Of a stretch of DNA of 64,000 nucleotides, positions 24,472 through 39,058 are shown piece by piece. Position 1 is the first letter of the stretch; the number at the start of each line of letters is the position of its first letter. Source of the stretch: Ophelia neglecta (taxonomy: Eukaryota); the NCBI GenBank assembly GCA_965285935.1, contig CBDIWN010000045.1, forward strand, positions 1-64,000, given 5' to 3'. The position numbers and the translations under genes were made by a program. The notes under the pieces are model-generated. The model was not told where the DNA came from, made no database searches, and saw only the letters and a list, made by a program, of their open reading frames with translations.

Positions 24472-24866
24472 CAGGGGTCCCCAACGACTTGTCCCTATGA
24501 ATATCTGTTCTGATACCAATATCAGCTAGCCGGCAAAATAACTTGATAAAAACAGATCAGCTTATAAACTTCTTGGGTGGTTGGCATCAGATCATCTCCT
24601 AGAGACCACTAGATGGACCTGTATGTGGTGCCGGCCCTTGTACTGACCTAATCTAACTGTACAATGCACGGTATATGCTGCTCGGGAGCAGCGAAATACG
24701 CTACCGGCTGGTCTTAGACCTGGCAGCTGGCTGGAAAATAAAAACAGATTGTTGTTTTATACAAAACTAATTTGTAGCTGAAAAATAAAAAATAAATATA
24801 TATTTTACTTTTTTCTTCGACTTTTGGGTAATATGTTACATTTTAGTCGTTAATTGGGTACCCCTG
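24472..24866. mobile_element. Non-autonomous DNA transposon family C (hAT-like TIR CAGGGGTCCCCAA), copy 1
   Basis: caggggtccccaa...ttgggtacccctg ends. Interior homologous to 27558-27917 (shared catctcctagagaccactagatggacc). Confidence 0.8.
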
Positions 24867-25922
24867 AAGGTATGTTACTTATACGCTGAGGTCTCTAAAT
24901 AACAGGCACTTGAAAACTTACTGGGTTCCCCGTATAAAGGAAGTAAATAATTAAATATGGGTTGAATATTAATGTCTATTAACCTCCCCTTATCGGAGGG
25001 CCTGTTTTGTGGGTACAGGCATGCATACGGTATGAAAATCGATTGTATGGAATACGGAAGTGGGAGGCGAGATCGACAGAACACTCATCTTATTGGATTT
25101 TTCTACCGACTGAATTGGTAACAATATTGAACAGTAGATTATTAAGCTCCGAATGATTTTCGAATCATGTGTTTGTATATATCCGCGTCCTCGATATGGC
25201 CATTTCACCCCCACACTGCACCTTTATTATGTATCAATCCGTTTCGGAAATTCAATTTCACTGACACATTAAATGAATATTATGAAACATACGAATTGAG
25301 ACTCTCCATAGAGAGTATGGATCATAAACTACAAAACGATCTTCCCACCTTCCCAAAAGGGGCCAAGCATTTTACCCCCGGATTGCACATTTATAATGTA
25401 TAAATTCGTATCAGTAATTTAATGATAATGACACATTGAATGAATAATATGAAATATACGAATTGAGACTGTCATTAGGGCTGAAAAATACTGCATGATC
25501 TGATCATGGAGGTCTGTTTAAACAAAATTGTTTATTGAAAGTGTCCAGTAAGGTTTTCATTTTATTGATCTGGGTATAGGGCCGGTTTTAAAGGCAGAGT
25601 ACACACTATTGTATAGTCTGTACTGCTAATTGTAATGATAATTCGTACTCGACTTGCAGACTAGACCTAAGGTATAGCCCAGTAACCTGTAGGTGGTTGT
25701 CATAGAAACTAGCCGGAGGGAAACAGTTTCCGTTGTCTTTTTCTCTATAATAATTAAACTCAAATAAATATAAAATATTCATGTTTTCTATTTTGAAGAA
25801 AACAATATTTGGCCAATTTTACATGTAAAGTATTAATTTATTTGACCAGTTAAGATGTTACTATAGTAACGAATCTTTATAATCCTCCACAGAGAAGTGA
25901 TAGAATATAAAACAATTAAATA

Positions 25923-26101
25923 CAGTAATGCCTGTCTAATCAGGTCAGTCAAGGGACTGGAAAAAACAGACCACATTATGTAGTTGAACTTAATAGGCAG
26001 GTCAGGTAACACAGGCATAAATGGGGATCGGGGTATAATTTAGTGATCTTAGTGGGCAGGTGCCCTTATTACACAGGTGACCGAAAACACAGGTTTCACT
26101 G
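25923..26101. mobile_element. CAGT-ended MITE related to family A
   Basis: ta|cagtaatgcctgt...acaggtttcactg|ta. Confidence 0.7.
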
Positions 26102-26809
26102 TACTCGTATTGCTATCACATTTTCGGTCACCTGGCCGTTATCAAGACGTAAGACTGATCTGTAATCTACACCATGAGCAGCGAGATCACACAATCACTT
26201 ACATCTTAATGTCCTACTGTTTGATGGCAATAGAAATCTTTCATTGTTTTATATATTAATATAGTTTGTTTTTAATATTAATATAGTGTTAGGCTATTCA
26301 TTCAAGCAAGATAGTGAGAAAATAGATCTCAGGTTACTATATAGACACAAGCTTGTAACGCCAATATTGTGAATATTTTCGACCAGTGGAACCCTAATTC
26401 ATTATGAGACATTGGTAGAACAAACCCGATCAGGGATATAAACAAATATTTAATCCATAGGTGTATTTCTGATCCTCGGGATGGGCCTTTTTAATTTATC
26501 GTGATCCGAGAATTTAAGTTTTAATTTTTCTTGACTCCGGTGTAGACATAAAATAGTAAAATACGGGTTGAGTCTCGACTACAGTTGTTGGTCTAAACTC
26601 CTGAGAGTATTTCTGAAATGTTTCCAAGGCCGAAAACCGACGATTCGTTGTACCGGTTATAAGACAAAAATAGTGGTTGAAATGTCCATCAAATCAAACA
26701 AATAAAATATGAAAAGGATGCATGATTCTGACTAACGTTAATATTGGTTAATCATTATACACGACAGTCTGTTAGTAGCGAGTCTGCTTGTTCATATGTT
26801 TACCTACTA

Positions 26810-27189
26810 CAATGGTCCCTGCGATGTAGGGCCACCCCTCAATCCCAGGAAAAGTAGCCCTACACTGCAGGTGGCCCTTCAACGGAGGTACTTTACAATT
26901 GAAAAGATAGGACATGGATATTTCAAAAACTGTCCTGCCATCGCAGGTGGCCCTTCATCCGAGGGGCCCTACATCGCAGGGACCACTGTCCTGCCATCAT
27001 AGGTGGCCCTTCATTGGAGGGGCCCTACATCGCAGGGACCACTGTCCTGCCATCATAGGTGGCCCTTCATTGGAGGGGCCCTACATCGCAGGGACCACTG
27101 TCCTGCCATCATAGGTGGCCCTTCATCGAAGGGGCCCTACATCGCAGGCGGGCCTTCATCGGAGGGGCCCTACATCGCAGGGACCACTG
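26810..27189. mobile_element. MITE family B (TIR CAGTGGTCCCTGCGATGTAGGGCC) with tandem amplification of its right end
   Basis: ta|caatggtccctgcgatgtagggcc...ggccctacatcgcagggaccactg|ta. The 56-bp right end is repeated ~4x. Confidence 0.85.
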
Positions 27190-27199
27190 TATTATCATC

Positions 27200-27436
27200 G
27201 GGGCCGGTGGTTAAAAGATTCTTAGACTTGGACTTGAACTTTATTTCCATAGTTTCAGACATAGACTTGAACTTCTGACTTCAAATTAAATGACATAGAC
27301 TTAAGTGGGTTGTTTAAAGATTTTTAGGCTCAAGTCAAGTCTGATTTTAGACTTGGGATTTCTCAAGACAGCTTGATATGTGTCTTAGACTTCAGACTTT
27401 GACTTGAAATGGGTGCTGAAATATTTTAAACAACCG
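27200..27436. mobile_element. Possible MITE with AGACTT/AAGTC subrepeats
   Basis: cggtggttaaaa ... ttttaaacaaccg imperfect inverted ends; many (a/g)gactt motifs. Confidence 0.35.
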
Positions 27437-27557
27437 AATATGGTGTAAGTCCGAAAAAAGACTTACCCAAGTCAAAAAAGGGGCAAAGTTCAAATCTAGA
27501 ATTTAGACAATTTATGATTGCATCCCTGCTCTCTGGACTACTATCATAGATATAATT

Positions 27558-27917
27558 CGGGGCACCCAATGATCTGCCCTGATGAATATCTGTTCTGATG
27601 CCACTTTCAGCTGGCTGGCAAAATAACCTTATAAGAACAGATCAGCTGATAAATTTCTTGACTGGCTGCCATCAGACCATCTCCTAGAGACCACTAGATG
27701 GACCAGTCTGTGGTGGACACCCTTGTACTGACACAATGTAACTGTAGATGTACTGTATGTGCTGCTGTCTGTTCTTAGATCTGCCAGCTGGCTGGCAAAT
27801 AAAAACAGACTTGTTTTTTACAAAGCTTACTTTTAGCTAAAAAATAACAAATAAATAGATATCTACTTTTCTTATGGTTTGAGTCATATTACACATTTTA
27901 GTTATTGGGGACCCCTG
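27558..27917. mobile_element. Non-autonomous DNA transposon family C, copy 2
   Basis: Same orientation and interior as 24472-24866; ends ttggggacccctg. Confidence 0.8.
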
Positions 27918-29721
27918 ATAGTTTTTTTTCCAAAGAGACTATTGTATAAAACATCTAGTTGTATAGGTGTCTCTGTATATCTGTCATATAAACCTAATAT
28001 CTAATACATTTTCATATTTTCGGTGACTAAGAAACAATTATTAAGCCATTGTGTTCGTACGAGTCATGATCACCTTGTTTTTGCCACCAACAAGGCAGGT
28101 AGAATTCCTTCACCAAGGTTTTCTCGAAAAGAGGTGAAAAAGAGGTGACTACAGGGAGAATGACCCAGATATTTTTAAATAAAATCAAATGCCTATACTT
28201 TCTGTAAAAGATTGGCATCCATTAATCATTTTAAACTCTAGTTGAACATATTTTTGTTTTCATAATATAAATATGCAATATGTACACTTTTAGGGCTTGT
28301 ATATAGGGCCCAGTATTGTATTATCTATTAGTTCCTTATTTTGCCGCTAGTCCCGCCACTGTCTAGCGCCGTCATGGAGGGAGCCTGGGCTCATGGCTTG
28401 CAGCCTGCGAAGGCTGATGGTCTGGTATCGACGTTCTTTCATCGCAATTGCAGTATCGAGTGAAGTGCTGGTTACCGGGGTAACGAGACAAAGGGAGACA
28501 GACGGGTGGGAGCCAATCACACCCAGATCACGTGGACATCTCACAGAGATGGCTTGTAGGCAGATCTGACGATTCCTTGTTCTGCCTCCATTGACAGAAG
28601 CACGAAGACCGTCAGGCGGATGGCAGTCAGTTCTACCAAACCGAGGCTATTGACGCTGGTCGTCCGGCACGAGGAGGCTAACGACAGTCCACTGGAGGAA
28701 GGGGGGGGGGGTATACCCAGACCTGGGGGGGGGAGGGGCATTGTACCGGCATATATACAGGCCTGGGGTGTGTGCTATATACAGGCCTGGGGGGGGGGCA
28801 ATGTACAGGCCTGGGGGGGGGTGCTACATACAGACCTAGGGGGGGGGGGCTAAATACACACTAGAGAGGGAGTATATACAAGCTGGGGGGGGGGGGGGCA
28901 CTATACAGGCATATAGACAGACCTGGGGGGGGGAGGTATATTCAGGTTTGGGAGGCTATATTCACGAGGGAGCTTTGTAAGTATCAGTCTGGGTTAGCAC
29001 CCACAGTGAAAAAATACAGGTCTACATTAAAGTAAATTTAGAGGCTCGCCATCAGAAACACGCTCACGTGATTGTCAGACTCATTATGTGAGACACAGGC
29101 CTACATCCTGAAGTAGAGAGATCAGATCAGCCGATAGGACATTGTGGACTCAGTAAATAAGATAATTCTGGGCCTTCAATAGAGTTAACATGGGATAAAA
29201 TTTACTGAGATTAACTGAAGACGTGTTATGCGCATCACATCCGGTGCCTACCACCACTACGACGAGACTTAGGCTGCAAAGCTTCTGATTTTTGATAGCG
29301 AGTTACGATTTTATACATTTAACACTTTGAGTGCCAAGGGCCTCTAAAATCAGCTCTATTTTTTACCTAGTAGGCTATTCTGTATGTAAAAAAGCCCCCT
29401 AACACCATATCAGCTCCTATTCCACTGCAGGTTTGTTTTATATCATTGCTGAGGTCCTGCCCTCTAAGAAAATATATAGCTTTCAGATATTTAGTCGTCC
29501 ATGAACTCTTCATTGTTACAAACAGACATGAATCTTTGGGAATATTTTTAGTCTTTTAGTCTTGTGGCACTTTGCAGACTTTTAAAAGTCGACTCTTTAA
29601 CGACCGACGTTACGAGGAGATTCGAAACGTAATCAGCGAGACAAGGAGGCTCGTCTATTACAGGGGACCTATGTACTCCCACACACCATCCTGTCATAAC
29701 CCTCCTCCCCACTCCCTATAT

Positions 29722-29905
29722 TAATGTATTTATTTAAAATCTTGACCCTGGGACACACTGTCAGCGCTGCTGTTCTTCCCAGGGCCCAGCATTACATACA
29801 GGGACATGGTAACAAGACGGATATCATTAGGAGCAAATCAATCATAGGTAAAACTGAAAATCACAGCAATTAAAATTACAATATATGAATACAGGATTAT
29901 TATGA
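29722..29905 (-). mobile_element. Interspersed repeat with (TAAA)n-like tail, probable LINE/SINE 3' fragment
   Basis: ~185 bp homologous in inverted orientation to 40035-40218. Shorter related pieces at ~1385-1470 and ~11055-11120. Confidence 0.6.
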
Positions 29906-30886
29906 ACATTAATCACCTGCCTTTAAGTGGCCCGTATGTAACTGTATATAACAATCTAGTATCTAATACGCAACGGCGATAAAATAATACACTATAGGTC
30001 TACGCCAATCTCATAAAGCTTTTAAAAAATTATGATACGAAGTAATGTCCCGTAACTCCAGCGGCAAACCATTCCAAAGGTGTGGACCCTGGTCACACTT
30101 CACACTTCGCCGCTTTTACCCGGCCCTGTTAACTCCCGCTATGTCTTCCGTACATCCTTTACCCTCCCGGTGCCCCCTCTTGCCTCCCAGTGCCCCCTCT
30201 CCCCCCCTCCTCGCCCCTTTCTCCCCAGAAACCCCATTCTTTTCTCTTCTATGCCCACTACCCTTGGCTCTGAACCCCTCCGCTCTCCTTGCTCCCGTAA
30301 TTTACTCCTCCCCGAATCTTTTCCTGTACCCCTATGCCCTCTCCTCTCCTCCCTCCCTCCCCTCTCTCCACCCCCTGTCCCCCAGTCCCCTGACCCCGGA
30401 GTAATCTACTGTCACCTATCTGTTTATTTTCCTGCTGTCAGCCTGTGTCGTCTGGTCAGACAAAGCGGCTGTTTTACCGCTAATGGCTGCGTGTTGAACC
30501 TAATAGCCATTAGGGCGGAGAGCCAGTCCTCGGCCGAGGTTAGTGTACCGGGACAGAAGGCCCCCTGCCGGGTAATGTGCCCCTCCGCGGGGAGCCTGAC
30601 CTGGTCGAGTCGGACTGACCAATCCTCGGCCGCCGCGGTGGCTCCGGGGCCAGATGATTCCCCAGAGACACCGCGGGGTCCCCGGCCGAGGTAACCCGAC
30701 CCTGGCACAAACACTGAATCTCATAAACACATGCCATGTGGTGGGAATTAACCAGAGAGGCCCATGGTATCTGCGGTCTGACCGGGCAACCGCCCGCTGG
30801 TCACCAGCTCTCAGTCCTCAAACCAACTGGCCACAAACCAACTAGCACCATTCTCCGTGGGGCTACCCACGTCACTGTTTTCGCTT

Positions 30887-31015
30887 NNNNNNNNNNNNNN
30901 NNNNNNNNNNNNNNNNNNNNNNNNNNNNNNNNNNNNNNNNNNNNNNNNNNNNNNNNNNNNNNNNNNNNNNNNNNNNNNNNNNNNNNNNNNNNNNNNNNNN
31001 NNNNNNNNNNNNNNN
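30887..31015. other. Assembly gap (N run)
   Basis: N bases. Confidence 1.
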
Positions 31016-33703
31016 AATATCTATCTCCGAGCCCTTGAAGTTAGCCTTCTAATCAACTGATACATCGTGTAAGAGCAAGGGGACAGTACCACCGACAATG
31101 GTTCTAACTGTATGGGAGATCTTCCTCGGTATGTCCACAGAAAACGACCCGTTAACTGACACCCACACCGACAGGCCGGCCGAGTTCTGTATACCGAGAG
31201 ACGGGTTCATCGCGTCCGAAATCTGAAAATATCACAATCCTGGCTTACCATACACACAACAGTGTCAACACTGGGCCGGCTGACATTAACATAGAGGCCT
31301 ATATCACTATTAACAAAACCTGTGAAGAAATAACCTAGGCCGCTGAATGTTCAATTAGTTAAGTTTTATGTAATTTATTCACTGTTAAGTATATGTTTGC
31401 ATTGACTCATGTCATAAGGTAGCCCTCACGGTAGCGGATTAATGTTAAACCTCAGTGTGAGTCATCCTGACCAAAAAAATATATATCAAGTAGTCTTTCC
31501 TAAGTATTAGTCTAGTATGACATTATTTTCTATTTAACTATATTTGTTCCGATTGGTCTGAACTTAGTGATGTTATCTTTGATTAATCTGTTATTCCCAT
31601 CAATTTGATCAGTTTTTGTTGATAATATCCTGTGTGATATATTACTCCTGTTATAGAATTTACTAATAGAACGAATAGAAACATAGACATGTACTTAAAT
31701 ATATATTTGTCATATCATATATTCTGATAAATGACATGTACCTTCTTTCTCAAAAATCGAGAAATTTACACTGACAATGTGTATTCCTGATTATCATGAT
31801 ATTAATATGTTTTGTAATACTACATGTTGGCAATACAAGACGAATATTTATTTTTATTTTGAATGGATTTTAAGCATATTCTATGTTCCTTGGTCAAATA
31901 AACTAACTATTAACCAAACTAGACATTGACAATTGAAATAAAGACTCCAGGATGGACTAGACTACTGCTCATGGCCATATCTGTACAGCAGCAACATACC
32001 CCTCTGGGAATACAATGTTTACATGTCGGTGACACTGGCAGCACCAGAAATTTTCAATAACAAATGTGTGAGGAGGTTTATTAAATTTTATGAATTTCGT
32101 GGGTAGCTTTGAGCTTTTAAATATTAAATCTTGTTAGGATGTGAGAAAACTATATTTATTTATTACAAAATTTAATATTATCAAATAATTTGTCCAATTT
32201 ATAATGCTGAACGTAGGTGCTTACTTGCCAAACCACACAGTATAGAACCCTTGTAGATTAAATTCCAATTAATTGACTTATTTCCATGGAGATTCTTATT
32301 TCTTATTGAAAGGCACAGCCGCGATAATCACGTGGTCACTCATTACAGGTAGCCATGGCAACGGATCAAATACATATCTAATATTGATATGTCACTTTTA
32401 ACTTACAGTGAAAAAAAATCCATCTGCTGCTGAATTTAAATAAGCAAAGTTATTTTGGACGAGATATGCCATCCTTATCACTGTGTGTGTTTAAGTATTT
32501 GGTAAATTACAAATGGACGCTAGCTCTACAGTTTTTAGTGATGATAATTCGTCCTAGACTCACAGACTGGACCTGGTAGAAAATCTAAAATATAGCTGGA
32601 CCCAGAAATAAACAATTGTTCTCGTTTATTTTGGCGTGTTTGTTGCAATATTCAAATATTGTTTTCTTCAAAAATTCAAAAATGTTTCTTGTCACCAAAA
32701 GAAAGTTAAACTAATAAGAAATATAACAAAATGGAAAGTAATATTTGGTAACATTATATATAAATATTACGACAATCATAAAAGAAAGTGGGCACATGAG
32801 AAAAATAATAATAATATTTCCGTCCTCCGGTCCTAAGATATTGGTGAATTTTGTTCTCGGGGCCTTATTACCCTTGTGTTTTGAGCCCTGGACTTAACTG
32901 TCGGGGTCCTGATAATCTTACACATGCCGAGAGACGTAAGATAGACGATAAATGAAACATTGTTTAACCATGTCATCTTCCAGGCAGAGATTCATTGCAG
33001 TTGTAATAAAATCTATAGCCTGTAATATCTATAGTATACACTCGTATTAAAGATTACAATCTAGTAACACAAACCATGCCTGCACGGTTTGCTTCATTGT
33101 AAAAAAAAGTCTATTAATTTCATGATAATTAAGCGAACTATTTTTAAACACACATTCAATATTAAACATAGTTTCCCCGCGCAGCTCAATGAATTTTAAA
33201 CAGTCCCAGAAACGTGACTTTTCCTCCTCATAGACGCACATTACAGCCATGAGCACCTTTAATCGGCTGTTATCACATGATTTACGCGCTCCGTACCAGT
33301 CCCGTCGAGATCTCACCACGAGTATATTACAGATATGACAGCCCGAGTACAGGTAAATCATCACCATGGCAGCCTGGAGCACCTGTCGACTCGCCGGAGT
33401 GACGGGAGAGAGGCCTATAAATCTTCTACCCAGAGTACACCGCGACATATATCCCATCAACCCCCGCGCGGAGACATTCCCCGGGTCATAGATCATCTTT
33501 ATACAAACTAACTCGATATTATATAAATAAACCTACGATAATTACCTCGTAAATACTTCTCTGTCAGCCCCGTTCTTAGTCACGGGCCAGATTAGGGCTG
33601 GCGGGTCGAATTGTGGGTCGATTATTTACAATAAGAACACGGGCACGGCGCCGTGCATTGTGGGTCTACAGGGGATAGTACGGGCGATAAAATCACGTTG
33701 GAA

Positions 33704-34076
33704 CAGTGAAACCTGTGAATTGGGGCCAGCCAAGACATTGGAAAATGCTGGTATAATTCTGGAGGCGGTCTGTTTACACAGGTTAGGCACATTAAACTTT
33801 AAACGTGTACATGTACAGCATATATACAGTGAAACCTGCCATAAAGACCACCTCTATTTTCAGACCACCTGTCAATATAGACCACTAATATGAAGATCAT
33901 TATGTACACTTTTTGTGAGAAATAACCTGTGTAAAAAGACCACCACCATAATCAGACCTGTATTTTTCAGTTTCAGAGTGGTCTTAATTCCCAGGTTTCC
34001 CTGTAGTTTTCATACTAGTGGTCTGATTTGATAGGTGGTCTGATTATAAAGGTGGTCTTTAAGGCAGGTTTCACTG
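33704..34076. mobile_element. MITE family A containing a second family A copy (33827-34003) nested in opposite orientation
   Basis: Outer cagtgaaacctg...caggtttcactg is split by inner ta|cagtgaaacctg...caggtttccctg|ta. Confidence 0.85.
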
Positions 34077-34433
34077 AACGTACTATCGAGGCCCACGGAT
34101 GGGCTGTTAGAATATTCATAAAGCGATTACATTTAATGGCAGATGTTCTCAAGTGCAATGACATTTTATTTACAAAAATGCCGGGACATATTTTTATCCT
34201 AAGAGACCCTTGTACGCCGAGTGGATTGACTCACCCGTACTAAAGCACTACGCATGTGAGGGGACTACCATATCGTTATGTGTGTGCAAAGCGACAATAT
34301 TGGTTTGGATATAATCGCCAGATCGATATAGATATCACGCAGGGCAAGCTTTTTTATTTGGTATAGGCGATGAGATCATTACTGAACTATTTTGGTAATT
34401 TGGTTCATAAAACTCAAGTACAATGAAACCTGC

Positions 34434-34606
34434 NNNNNNNNNNNNNNNNNNNNNNNNNNNNNNNNNNNNNNNNNNNNNNNNNNNNNNNNNNNNNNNNNNN
34501 NNNNNNNNNNNNNNNNNNNNNNNNNNNNNNNNNNNNNNNNNNNNNNNNNNNNNNNNNNNNNNNNNNNNNNNNNNNNNNNNNNNNNNNNNNNNNNNNNNNN
34601 NNNNNN
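34434..34606. other. Assembly gap (N run), starting inside a MITE A terminus
   Basis: N bases preceded by tacaatgaaacctgc. Confidence 1.
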
Positions 34607-37600
34607 CACTCCCAGACAAAGCTCTCCTGATGACACACATCCGGGGATGGGTCTACGTGGGCACGCCATCGGGCACCCTCCCCGCGAATTAACTTCGTTC
34701 ACTTTGTTTTACCGGCTCCCACGCAACTGGAGGGACACTCAATTACGGGAGAAGTTAAGCCTATGAGAATTGATTTAACAAGACAATGGGTTCATTTGTC
34801 ACGTTTGTATTACTACGCGAGGCACAAAGAACTGATCATCCGAGGGAGGGTTTTCGCGTCTGTCGTCCTCAAACCGTCCAGACAATGGTGTGTAAACGGC
34901 AGGCTTTGGGAGCTGGCCCTAGAACACCCCTCTGACAACCGACCCCCTCCCCCCTCCCCCCTCCCCCCCACCCCCCGACACTCCTATAGTGGGGAAAATA
35001 AAAGCCATAGGTACATTTCCCACATGGATGAGCCACTTGAAGTCCGTTTCTTGTTTACTAACCGCCACATTTCCCTCTCCCTCTCCATGGTCCCATCATT
35101 GATCTCTCCCTTCCTCGGGTCGACCCTGTTACCACTTGTCTGATTTTACCCGAAATTAGATTAAAAATTATCGGCGGGCATGCATGCGTGACTGGCTTCA
35201 TAATTGTATAATAATTCCGAGTTAATATCGGTCCTAGTCAGACGGAGATCCGTATGAGCTGAGATAATCCATGCCCACCCTCGCCGCCCGCCCTCCCTCT
35301 CCATCTCACGGCTCATTAGGCCTGTTGTACCGCCGTCTGATATCTGAGCGCGCCACTCAGTCATTAAGTCTTATTGTCCGCGCGGGGCGTACTCCAATCA
35401 TAGCTAATTCTAGTCTTTCCCAAGCCTCTCCGTCCCTCTTTGTTCCCGCCGGAGACTCGGGCTGCCATATTCAAGCGGCCAGCCATCATATTCAAGCGGC
35501 CAGCCATATAATTCCAATTTTATTTTATATCAAACAGAAAAACACCCTTTCACTTCAGAGTCTCCACTTTATGCCTTAGAAAATTGACACCTTTAAAATA
35601 TAGGCCTTCATCGGATTCAATCATCTCACTTATCATACAGCACACCATTCACAAAAACAATAATTAAGACTTTATAGCTAGCCAATAGACCTAGCTAGAC
35701 CTAGCTAGTCTATATGAGCGATAATTAAGGGATCGTGGCTGTAAAATCTCCAATGCTATTTAAAATTATTAAACCAGAGGGGAACAAGAACAAAGGGGAT
35801 ATCGCTGTAGTTCAGGCCTAAGACTTGTCATATGGATATACATGTCCTGGACATAAACCTATCGTTAATGTTTAATAGATAGCAGGTAAATTACCTATAT
35901 GAATGGACCGTGCAGTGTGGTTTGAATGGTGGGGAGGCCTTGAGCCCTCTGTTCAGTTGTAAGCTTGATGGGAGGCCGAATTCTAATGTATTAGTTTTAC
36001 ATAACACCTTTAATTATTCCTGAATCTTTTCATTCAAGTCAGTGTCCGTTTAAATGTGTAAAGTTGTGTAGCGCTTTCCGCATTCTAAACCTTGACACAT
36101 GACCTGTCAAATACGTGTCGGTATCCACTACCTACCCACATGTATCGCCTGTAGGCACGTATAATATAGTAGGCAGGCCTAAACATAAATTGACATATAA
36201 ATTCAAATTTTAGTTCAAACGGGATACTTCAGGCAAACGGATACATTACCTAAGAAAGACATACAAAACACAAACAGATATTGAGACAGCCATGCTAAGG
36301 AGGGCCTTACAACGATATATTTATATATTTAGAACCCTAGTCCTCAACATAACATATTTACAAAAAGCCTGGACATATAAACAGTTGATAAAATAGTTAC
36401 ATCAAACACATCACGAGAATGTTACATGCAGTGTATACATATACAATACAAGCTAGAAATGTGACAAAAAAGACATTTAACATCAGTGTCTCTATAGGCC
36501 TATCTCATAAAGTTATGTAGCCTAGAAGGAAAGGTAAAAAAACATCGAAAGAAAAGAAAGTTGTACCTTCAGAGAGGGACTAGAAAAAAAAGAGGAAAAT
36601 TAGAAAAGGTGAAACACAAGAGATGAGAGTATAGATGTTTTAAAGCCTAGATGATCACCGTATATAACCTGACCACTCGATGTAGGGCGCTGTGTATTGG
36701 AGGAACGCCGTCTGTCTATTGTGTGATACGCAAACACAAGCATTTGAAGATGAAATTCTCTGTTGGTTTGATATGATTGAATGCACTGTTAGCAATCAAA
36801 TTCAAACTAAAGATTATCGCTTTTTAAACTTACCAGGGAAATTAATAATTGTATTCTCAACATATCGAATACTTGAGTCTATACTGATGAAATTCATGAA
36901 CTCTTGGCTAAGCCGGAACAGTTCGATAAACCTGATTAGAAAACGTGATTTGTGTTTTCAACCATATTCGATACAGTATAGGTGTGTCTGTGTTATGTGC
37001 TTAAAACAACTAATTTGAGTCAGTTTAAAAAAAATAAGAATCGGGTATTAATTCATCAATTTTATGGCATATCTATATAAATTGTGTTTATTAGTGGCAA
37101 TGGTTTCATAAAATCTACACGCTGAAATAATTGAACTTTAAAAATTGATAGCTGTGTGCACTGGGGGGACTTTCTTTTGTAAGCGGAGCTGTTTGTTACT
37201 ATAAAGTACGTCACAGTGATAAAATAATGTAATATTAATACACCCAAAGGCATTTATTAAAATAGATGCCAAACCCTGGAGGGCTTTTGTAGATGTGGCA
37301 TTTTATTTTAGATAAATATGTATACTGTAGAGATTCCTGTGTAGTTTGATAGCTTTCAGACACTAATTGCCCAGACTTTGCATATTGCCGAGCATGTTAA
37401 ATCAGGTTTTTCCGACGCCTTCAGCGTGCATATATTGTATGAACCGATACATAGGCCTAATCAAACGGCGAAATAAACGACACTGAATTTAAAACAAACT
37501 TCAAAGGATGGACGCTGGTATGAATGTCTGGCTACAAGTATCAAGCGGTTTGTTTCATTCCGAAATTCCATGTTAAAAGCCAGAGGGTGGCGGGCAGGGG

Positions 37601-38850
37601 GGGGGGGAGTGGGGGCTTGGCGGGGATAGGGGGTAGGGGTGGGGGGTGGGGTGGGGTGGGTGGGTGAGGATCGGTCTCCCCGGCTATCAGTCTACCCGGC
37701 CTATCGGTCTATCCGGTGAAGTTTAAATGTCGGGACACTGTAAATTTTCACCCTAAGAATTTTAACTATATGCTGAGGATATGTATGCAATGATTAATAA
37801 ATAATTAGTTGCTGCAAATTAAATTTCTGTGCTTGTGTTCTTCCTTGTTAAGTGTTTAATAGCCGAGTTGTACGCAGTGATATCTTCCCGCTGCACGTCC
37901 TGTATAATGGAGTCCATTAAAACCCGCCTATCGGGAGTATAATTATTGTTAATTAAGCAATCACCTTCCATTCTTCTTTCATTGTACGGGACTACAGCTC
38001 TGTATCAGTGTACGACAAACCTGACCTTATAATTAATGCCCACTCTTAGGGTGAACAGTGCACCTATTGTGGTCGGCGGATGTTTTTGTCCGTCAACTGG
38101 GCCTTTTTTCTCAAGTAAGGCACTTGAGAACGCTGTGAGGGGTCAAGTGTGTGACATTGTGACACACACCAAACACAATGAGATTTAATGTGACACAAGG
38201 GGTGAGTTTCTGGGATTGTTAAAAATGGTGGATTTAAATCATCAACCACTCGTCCATTTATAAGATCATGTCCGACCAGACGCGGGTTTGGGGGAAGTCT
38301 GTAGGGTGGGGGGGGGGGGGGGGGCAATTCTATCCATAATCGGTATGTGCCGTTTTGGGACGAAGTTTTCCATATAAACATTGGCCCGTTTTCCCATACA
38401 AGTCCCTAGACAAATGAATGTTTTTTTTCTGATACGTATGGGTATATAAATTTTTGCCCTTTCCAACGCGAAGGGAAATTGCCTCCGTCTAATGCGGTCC
38501 TCGTGTTCAATGCTTTCGTGGTGTCCATTACTATCCTTGCGTGTCTTAATATCTGGAGTACGCCACTCCGCAGCGATCACGCCGACCAGCCAGTTCACCG
38601 GTGTACTTTGTTTAATTACTATAAGGTTTTCATGGCGTCTCTTTTCCCCAGTGTACACCTTGATACAATCTCATGGGGGCGAGACCACGTTAAAGTCACC
38701 GTGCTAGGCACAGTTCTCAACAACTCAAGGTTGGATGCCATCTTGACATCTCCCAACTCCAGCTTGACAATGATCAAACGAAAATAAATCGACTATACAT
38801 AAACACGCGCGAATACGGCAGGAAAGAGCTCTGTAAAGAAAGATCTTAAA

Positions 38851-39058
38851 CAGTGGCGGATTTAGGGGGGGGGGGGGGCAGGGGGCTCGCCCCCCCCCTC
38901 CCCCCTTTGCCAAAAAGTGGGCCCGGACCAGGGCCTATTTCTGGACCCACGCAAGGTGGTTTCAGAGGGTTGGTAACGGGGACAATCCAGACATTGACCT
39001 TGGAAAATTTTGGCCCCCCCCCCCACCCCCCCTTCCTGAAATCCTGGATTCGCCACTG
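38851..39058. mobile_element. MITE family D (hAT-like TIR CAGTGGCGRAT, internal poly-G/poly-C)
   Basis: cagtggcggatttagg...cctggattcgccactg inverted ends; no clean TSD. Confidence 0.75.

Noticed and set aside
31016-31225. Possible minus-strand exon after a ttttcag acceptor next to the gap
   Set aside because: No recognisable protein similarity, and no donor or partner exons can be established.
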